Positions 58,890 through 64,000 of a DNA stretch of 64,000 nt are shown piece after piece (position 1 is the first letter of the stretch; every line of letters starts with the position of its first letter). The notes beneath the pieces are model-generated. The model did no database searches, had not been told where the DNA came from, and worked only from the letters and a program-made list of their open reading frames with translations. Position numbers and translations under genes: made by a program. This DNA comes from Candidatus Marinacidobacterales bacterium (GTDB lineage Bacteria > Acidobacteriota > Vicinamibacteria > Marinacidobacterales > SMYC01). Location of the stretch: assembly GCA_965224085.1 (NCBI GenBank), contig CBDCYI010000011.1:1600001-1664000 (forward strand), in the 5' to 3' direction.

Positions 58890-59276
58890 CTAAGCTTCGG
58901 TCTTGGCTTCTATCGGACCGCCTTCGTCCACCCGCTCTTCGCCCATTTTGCCGGTGTTATCCCAGCACATGTGGCGTCCCGCCTCTTCCTTCCATTTCTT
59001 CCGCTCTTCCGGGCTCATCTTCGCTACCTTGGATTCCCAGCGCTCGCGCCAATGCCCGCGCCGGCGCCAGCCGAAGCCGTGCCTGCCCCTGCCACCCACC
59101 AGAATGCGGGCCAGAATCAAAAGGCCCAGCGCCTGTATCCAGGTGATTCGCCCTACGTCAAAGATCGTGGGGATCAGGGCATTCCAGAGAAGCATCACCG
59201 CGACGCCAGCAAGCAGGACCAACCCCACGAAGAGGATTATCATTTTCGCGACTTTGAACAACCAGTATCGTTTCAT
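58890..59276 (-). CDS. Membrane protein paired with ECF sigma factor
   Basis: VMLLWNALIP..I.W.QALGLLILARIL, MSPEER. Confidence 0.8.
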   Translation of the reverse strand: MKRYWLFKVAKMIILFVGLVLLAGVAVMLLWNALIPTIFDVGRITWIQALGLLILARILVGGRGRHGFGWRRRGHWRERWESKVAKMSPEERKKWKEEAGRHMCWDNTGKMGEERVDEGGPIEAKTEA

Positions 59277-59289
59277 TTTTTCTCCTGTT

Positions 59290-59862
59290 TCAGATTACTT
59301 CGTACAAGGACTTCAGACGCGCGCGGAGTGAGCGCAGCGCATAGTGCTTCCGCAGGCGCAACGCATTCTCCGTATCGCCCGTGAGCTCCGACATGTCCGT
59401 GAAGCTCATCCCCTCGAATTCGTGCCAGATGAAAACATCTCGTTGCGGCTGAGGCAGTTCTTCCACGGCAATTTCGATTTCGTTCCAGATGACGTCGCGG
59501 ATGTACAGCTCCTCTGGGCTTTCCGACAAGTCCGCAAGGATATCTTGGAGGTTCATTTCCGTTCCGTCTTCGCGCTCCGCTTTCGTTTGGAGCATGGCTT
59601 CGGGCTTCTTGCTGCGGTAAGTGTCCGCGATCTTATTGCGCGCCACTTGGAACAACCAAGAGGTCACACGTTCGATCGTTTCCAATCTCCGATACGCGTG
59701 GATCAGCTGCCAAAAGACGTCCTGCAGAATGTCCTGGGCGTCGTCGTCGTGGCGCACCCGTTTCCGGATGAAGTTGAAGAGTCGGCCGCGTTCCTGCCGG
59801 ACCGTCCTTTCAATCTCGGCATTTTGCTGTTCGGCCATCGTGTCACTGACTACGGCGTCCAT
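59290..59862 (-). CDS. ECF RNA polymerase sigma factor
   Basis: DILQDVF, WLFQVARN, LPQPQRDVF..EGMS. Confidence 0.9.
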   Translation of the reverse strand: MDAVVSDTMAEQQNAEIERTVRQERGRLFNFIRKRVRHDDDAQDILQDVFWQLIHAYRRLETIERVTSWLFQVARNKIADTYRSKKPEAMLQTKAEREDGTEMNLQDILADLSESPEELYIRDVIWNEIEIAVEELPQPQRDVFIWHEFEGMSFTDMSELTGDTENALRLRKHYALRSLRARLKSLYEVI

Positions 59863-60125
59863 CTAACCTGTAGTCGGTCTGGGAGGGAAAATATTTCGAG
59901 GAAAGTGACTTTTTGGGGGAATAAGCGGAAGCTGTGTCATTGGTCACACGGGGCCGAGCCTAAATTGAAGCACTCACCGACAACTGCTTTCGTCACTAAA
60001 GTGGTTCAGCGCTAACACCGTCGGCCCCCGCGTCACCCATCAGTGCGTCGGATGGCAGTTGAGCGTCACGAAGTATAGTCCCAATCCTGGACGTACGCCG
60101 ATTTCGGCTATACTGCAATGTACAG

Positions 60126-60854
60126 ATGCGAAATGTCGTCATAATTCCAGCTTTGGACGAAGAGAAATCGATAGCCAAAGTACTTGCTGAGATCCCGAGG
60201 GATTTGATCGCAGAAGTGTTCGTCGTCGATAACGGCAGCCGCGATCGTACCGCGGAAGTCGCTCGGCAAGCCGGTGCGACGGTGCTCTACGAGCCTCGCG
60301 CAGGCTATGGCCAAGCCTGCCTGACCGGGATCGCCGCTCTTGCACAAAACCCTCCCGACGTCGTCGTTTTCGTCGACGGCGATTACAGTGACCGCCCGTC
60401 GGAAATGACGGGGCTCGTTGAGCCTATTCTCGATGGCACGGCGGATTTCGTCATCGGCTCGCGTATTCTCGGAAAGCGGGAGCTGGGCGCTCTCGCACCA
60501 CAGGCACGATGGGGTAATTGGCTCGCAACGTGGATGATCCGCGTTCTCTACAACACCACGTTTACCGATCTCGGACCGTTTCGAGCCATTCGCTATGACA
60601 AATTGAAGTCGCTGAACATGTGCGATCGCGACTACGGTTGGACCGCGGAGATGCAAGCCAAGGCCGCCCGCGTGGGCGTCCGGACGAAGGAAGTTCCCGT
60701 CAGCTACCATCGCCGCATCGGGCGATCGAAAATTACCGGCACGGTCAAGGGCACCGTCCTTGCCGGGTGGAAAATCATAACGACTATTCTGAAGTTCCGA
60801 TTTACCCGTCCGCCCAACATGGCGCGGGCAGAATCGAAAATCCCCCTCGGCTGA
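60126..60854 (+). CDS. Glycosyltransferase family 2
   Basis: IIPA.DEE, VVDNGSRD, GYG, DGD, TDLGPFRAI. Confidence 0.92.
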   Translation: MRNVVIIPALDEEKSIAKVLAEIPRDLIAEVFVVDNGSRDRTAEVARQAGATVLYEPRAGYGQACLTGIAALAQNPPDVVVFVDGDYSDRPSEMTGLVEPILDGTADFVIGSRILGKRELGALAPQARWGNWLATWMIRVLYNTTFTDLGPFRAIRYDKLKSLNMCDRDYGWTAEMQAKAARVGVRTKEVPVSYHRRIGRSKITGTVKGTVLAGWKIITTILKFRFTRPPNMARAESKIPLG

Positions 60855-60856
60855 AT

Positions 60857-62280
60857 ATGCGGAAAACAAAAATCGTCGCGACTCTGGGCCCGGCCTCTTC
60901 CTCGCCAGACATGGTGGAAAAGCTCGTCGACGCCGGCGTGGATGTTGCCCGTCTCAATTTCTCCCACGGCACGCACGAGGAGCACGAGCGTAATATCGAA
61001 ACCGTTCACGCGATCAGCGAGCGCGTCCACCGCCCGGTAGCTTGTCTTCAGGATTTGTCGGGTCCGAAGATCCGTACCGGCAAAATCGCTGCGGAAGGCG
61101 GCGTGCAGCTCGAAGACGGCGCGCGTTTTGTGCTGACGACCGACGACGTGCCCGGTGATGCGGATCGGGTCTCGACAAACTACAAGCAGCTCCCTCGCGA
61201 CCTCAAGAAAGGCGACCGCATCGTTGTCGACGACGGCCGCATCGCGCTCGCCGTTCAGAAGGTCGAAGGTGAAGAGATCGAGACCGAAGTCGTCAACGGC
61301 GGCATCCTGAAATCGAACAAAGGCATCAATCTGCCCGGAGTCTTCATCTCGACGCCCGCGCTCACGGACAAAGATCGACGCGACGTCGTCCACGGCCTGA
61401 AGCTCGACGTCGACTTCATGGCGATGTCCTTTGTCCAACGCAAGGGAGATATCGAACAGCTTCGCGCTCTTCTGCGCGAGAGCGGGCGCGAAGATCTCCA
61501 GATCATCGCCAAGATCGAGCGGCCGAAAGCCGTAGAGAATCTGTTCGAAATCCTGTCCGTGGCGGATGGCGTCATGGTTGCACGCGGGGATCTCGGCGTG
61601 GAGCTGGCTCCAGAGCAGGTGCCCACGATCCAAAAAAAATCATCCTCGAAGCGAACCAGCGAGGTCGGACGGTGATCACGGCCACCCAAATGCTCGAGTC
61701 CATGGTTCACGAATCCGTCCCGACGCGGGCCGAAGCCTCGGACGTCGCCAACGCGATTCTGGATGGGACCGATGCGCTCATGCTCTCGGCGGAAACGGCG
61801 AGCGGTGCGCACCCGGTCGAGGCGGTCGAGACCATGGCGCGCATAGCCGAACACACCGAAGCGCACATGGGCAACTCGCCCACCCGGCGCCGCACGGCGG
61901 ATTTCCCACTCATGGACGGCTCTCCCGTCACACGCGCGGTCGCGCTCGCGGCACGGCGCGCCGCGGAGGAGCTCAACGCAAAATATATCGTCGCGTTCAC
62001 CGAGTCCGGCTCGACTGTCCGGCTCGTGAGCTACTCGCGACCGAAGAACCACATTCTCGGCTTTACGCCTTCAGAGCGCGTCTATCGACGGCTCGCGCTG
62101 CGGTGGGGTGTGACGCCGTTGCACGGCGAGCGTTTCGACACCACCGACGCTATGCTCGAGGTCGCGATGAAATTCCTCAAGCGAAAAGGTTTCGTCGAAG
62201 AAGGCAACGTCGTGGTCACCGTGTGCGGACACACGACGCTCCCCGGCGCCACCAACATGATGAAGGTGTTGAAGTTCTGA
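60857..62280 (+). CDS. pyk: Pyruvate kinase, frameshift at A8 run 61632-61639
   Basis: RKTKIVATLGP, ARLNFSHG, AKIE, MVARGDLG, TATQMLESM; adding one A restores QKKIILEAN. Confidence 0.93.
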
Positions 62281-62289
62281 CGATCGCTC

Positions 62290-64000
62290 TTGGCAAAGAA
62301 GAGACGTAAGAAAAAAACGCGGAAATATTCGAAGCGCCGCGTTCGTGTCGTTGTCGCGCTCTTGAGCTCCTCCGCGATCCTTCTCTTCGCCGCGGCCGTC
62401 GTCCTCATCTACCATACGCTCAAATTCACCGCGCTCGTCGACGCAAGGCTCCAAAAGGAAGAAAGCCAACGGGAGGCCTGGGTTTACGCGAGGCCTTTCG
62501 AGCTCCGCGACGGCCAGAGGCTCACTCGAGACGAGCTCGTCACTCTCTTGAACGACTTGGGATATGCGGAAAGGAGCGCGCTCGCGGACGAGCCCGCGAC
62601 GTTCAGCATCTCTGGCGAGGACGACGTTCATATCTTTCGGCGCGGCGAGTTTCGCGTCCCGGTCTCCGTGAGCTTCGACGAATACTGGGTCTCGGCCATC
62701 CACGAGCTTCGCGGCAAAAGCCAACTGGACCGTGTCTCATTCGGCAGCGTCCCTGTGACAACACTCTTTGGAGCCGATCGTGCAAAGAGCCGTTGGGTGT
62801 TTCTCGAGGAAATCCCGGAGCACGTAACCCAAGCAGTTTTGGCCACGGAAGACCAGCGCTTTTACTCCCATACAGGCTTAGACCCGCTCGGGATTGCACG
62901 CGCTCTCGTTGCAGACCTCATGAGCGGCGAGCTCCGTCAAGGCGGCAGCACGCTCACCCAACAGTTGGTCAAGAACTACTTCTTGACGCCGGAGCGCACG
63001 TGGCGCCGCAAAATCCTCGAGGCCTACCTCTCCGTCATCCTAGAGAGCCGGGCGGAAAAGGACGACATCCTGGAGCTCTATCTCAACGACGTCTATTTCG
63101 GCCAGCGCGGCTCGTTCGGCATCAACGGTGTGGAGCAGGCGTCTCACATTTTTTTTGGGAAGAGTGTTAAAAACCTCACGGTCTCCCAGGGCGCGCTTCT
63201 CGCCGCCGTCATCCGCTCGCCCAACGCAAGCTCCCCTTTCCGCTATCCGAGCGAGAGTCGAGAGCGCCGCGACATCGTCATCAAGCAGATGGTCCGCTCG
63301 GGTTTCCTCGACGACACCCAGGGCGCTGAGGCAGCGTCTCAACGGCTAGGGCTCGTCGAAGGCACCGTGGATCGTGGCGAGGCGCCGTATTTCGTCGACA
63401 CGCTCCGAAGAGAGCTCTTGGCGAGCCACGACGCGAATCAGCTTCAGACGCGAGGCCTCGTCATCCGATCGACGATGGATCGACATCTGCAAAACGCAGC
63501 GCAGAAAGCGGTCGTCGACGGACTGGAAGAAGTCCGCGCCAAGCTCCCAAAAAGTGCGAAAGAGCTCCCTCAAGCCGCACTCGTCGCACTCGTTCCATCG
63601 ACCGGCGATGTCGTTGCGCTCGTCGGCGCAAAGAGCTATGGCACGAGCCAGTTCAACCGCGCGGTCGACGCGCACCGCCAGCCGGGAAGCGCCTTCAAGC
63701 CGTTCGTCTATCTGGCGGCTTTCGAGAGCAACCCAGCACGATTACCGACGACGATGGTCGTCGACGAGCCGACGACGTTTCGACAGCGCGGCAGGAGCTG
63801 GACGCCTCAGAACTATAACCGCCGTTTCGAAGGACGCGTGAGCTATCGCCGCGCGCTCGCTCTGTCTTTGAACGTCGCCACAGCGCGCGTGGGCCAGGAT
63901 ACCGGTTTCGAGAACGTCGTCGACTTGTGGGAGTCGATGGGGATGTCGAGTCGTCTCGAGCCCTATCCCTCACTCGTTCTGGGATCGTTCGAGGTCTCCC
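62290..64000 (+). CDS. Class A penicillin-binding protein (PBP1B-like), runs off the window
   Basis: Basic N-terminus + TM, EDQRFY.H.G, GGSTLTQQLVKN, RK..E, RQPGSAFKP, SLN. Confidence 0.9.
   Translation, partial: MAKKRRKKKTRKYSKRRVRVVVALLSSSAILLFAAAVVLIYHTLKFTALVDARLQKEESQREAWVYARPFELRDGQRLTRDELVTLLNDLGYAERSALADEPATFSISGEDDVHIFRRGEFRVPVSVSFDEYWVSAIHELRGKSQLDRVSFGSVPVTTLFGADRAKSRWVFLEEIPEHVTQAVLATEDQRFYSHTGLDPLGIARALVADLMSGELRQGGSTLTQQLVKNYFLTPERTWRRKILEAYLSVILESRAEKDDILELYLNDVYFGQRGSFGINGVEQASHIFFGKSVKNLTVSQGALLAAVIRSPNASSPFRYPSESRERRDIVIKQMVRSGFLDDTQGAEAASQRLGLVEGTVDRGEAPYFVDTLRRELLASHDANQLQTRGLVIRSTMDRHLQNAAQKAVVDGLEEVRAKLPKSAKELPQAALVALVPSTGDVVALVGAKSYGTSQFNRAVDAHRQPGSAFKPFVYLAAFESNPARLPTTMVVDEPTTFRQRGRSWTPQNYNRRFEGRVSYRRALALSLNVATARVGQDTGFENVVDLWESMGMSSRLEPYPSLVLGSFEVS

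Noticed and set aside
1-64000. tRNA, rRNA, CRISPR array, prophage
   Set aside because: No cloverleaf, rRNA signature, repeat-spacer array or phage genes seen by manual reading.

Overview
64-kb window of GC-rich bacterial chromosome. Gene content suggests Acidobacteriota (Vicinamibacteria-like); this is inference. Most genes are housekeeping or metabolic: rpiB-deoC, mocA/yqeC, pcm, mlaEFD, uvrB, ispH, fused E1 2-oxoacid dehydrogenase, acyl-CoA dehydrogenase, PLP decarboxylase, Ser/Thr kinases, lexA, a swivel-first aconitase-family enzyme with ETF-QO, cystathionine beta-synthase, pyk and a class A PBP. Accessory DNA includes two tnpA-only IS200/IS605 elements, both inserted at TTAG inside genes, an IS91 relic, two toxin-antitoxin-like loci, an HNH gene, tandem MITE-like units at the uvrB stop codon and many gene relics. 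The strongest new signal is regulatory. An identically spaced operator (NrdR box, 1 bp, DnaA box, 5 bp, NrdR box) occurs twice, once in front of lexA and once in front of a structured ~150-nt candidate RNA with a 9-codon ORF, next to an 11-bp-phased DnaA-box array that could be oriC. A third NrdR-like site lies between a ferredoxin and ispH. No nrd or dnaA gene is in the window. Also notable are microcompartment-type N-terminal extensions on RpiB/DeoC, many leaderless gene starts, and an IS insertion that leaves a PIN toxin frame fully open. Several -1 frameshifts in homopolymers look like long-read errors. All calls come from manual reading; no searches were run.
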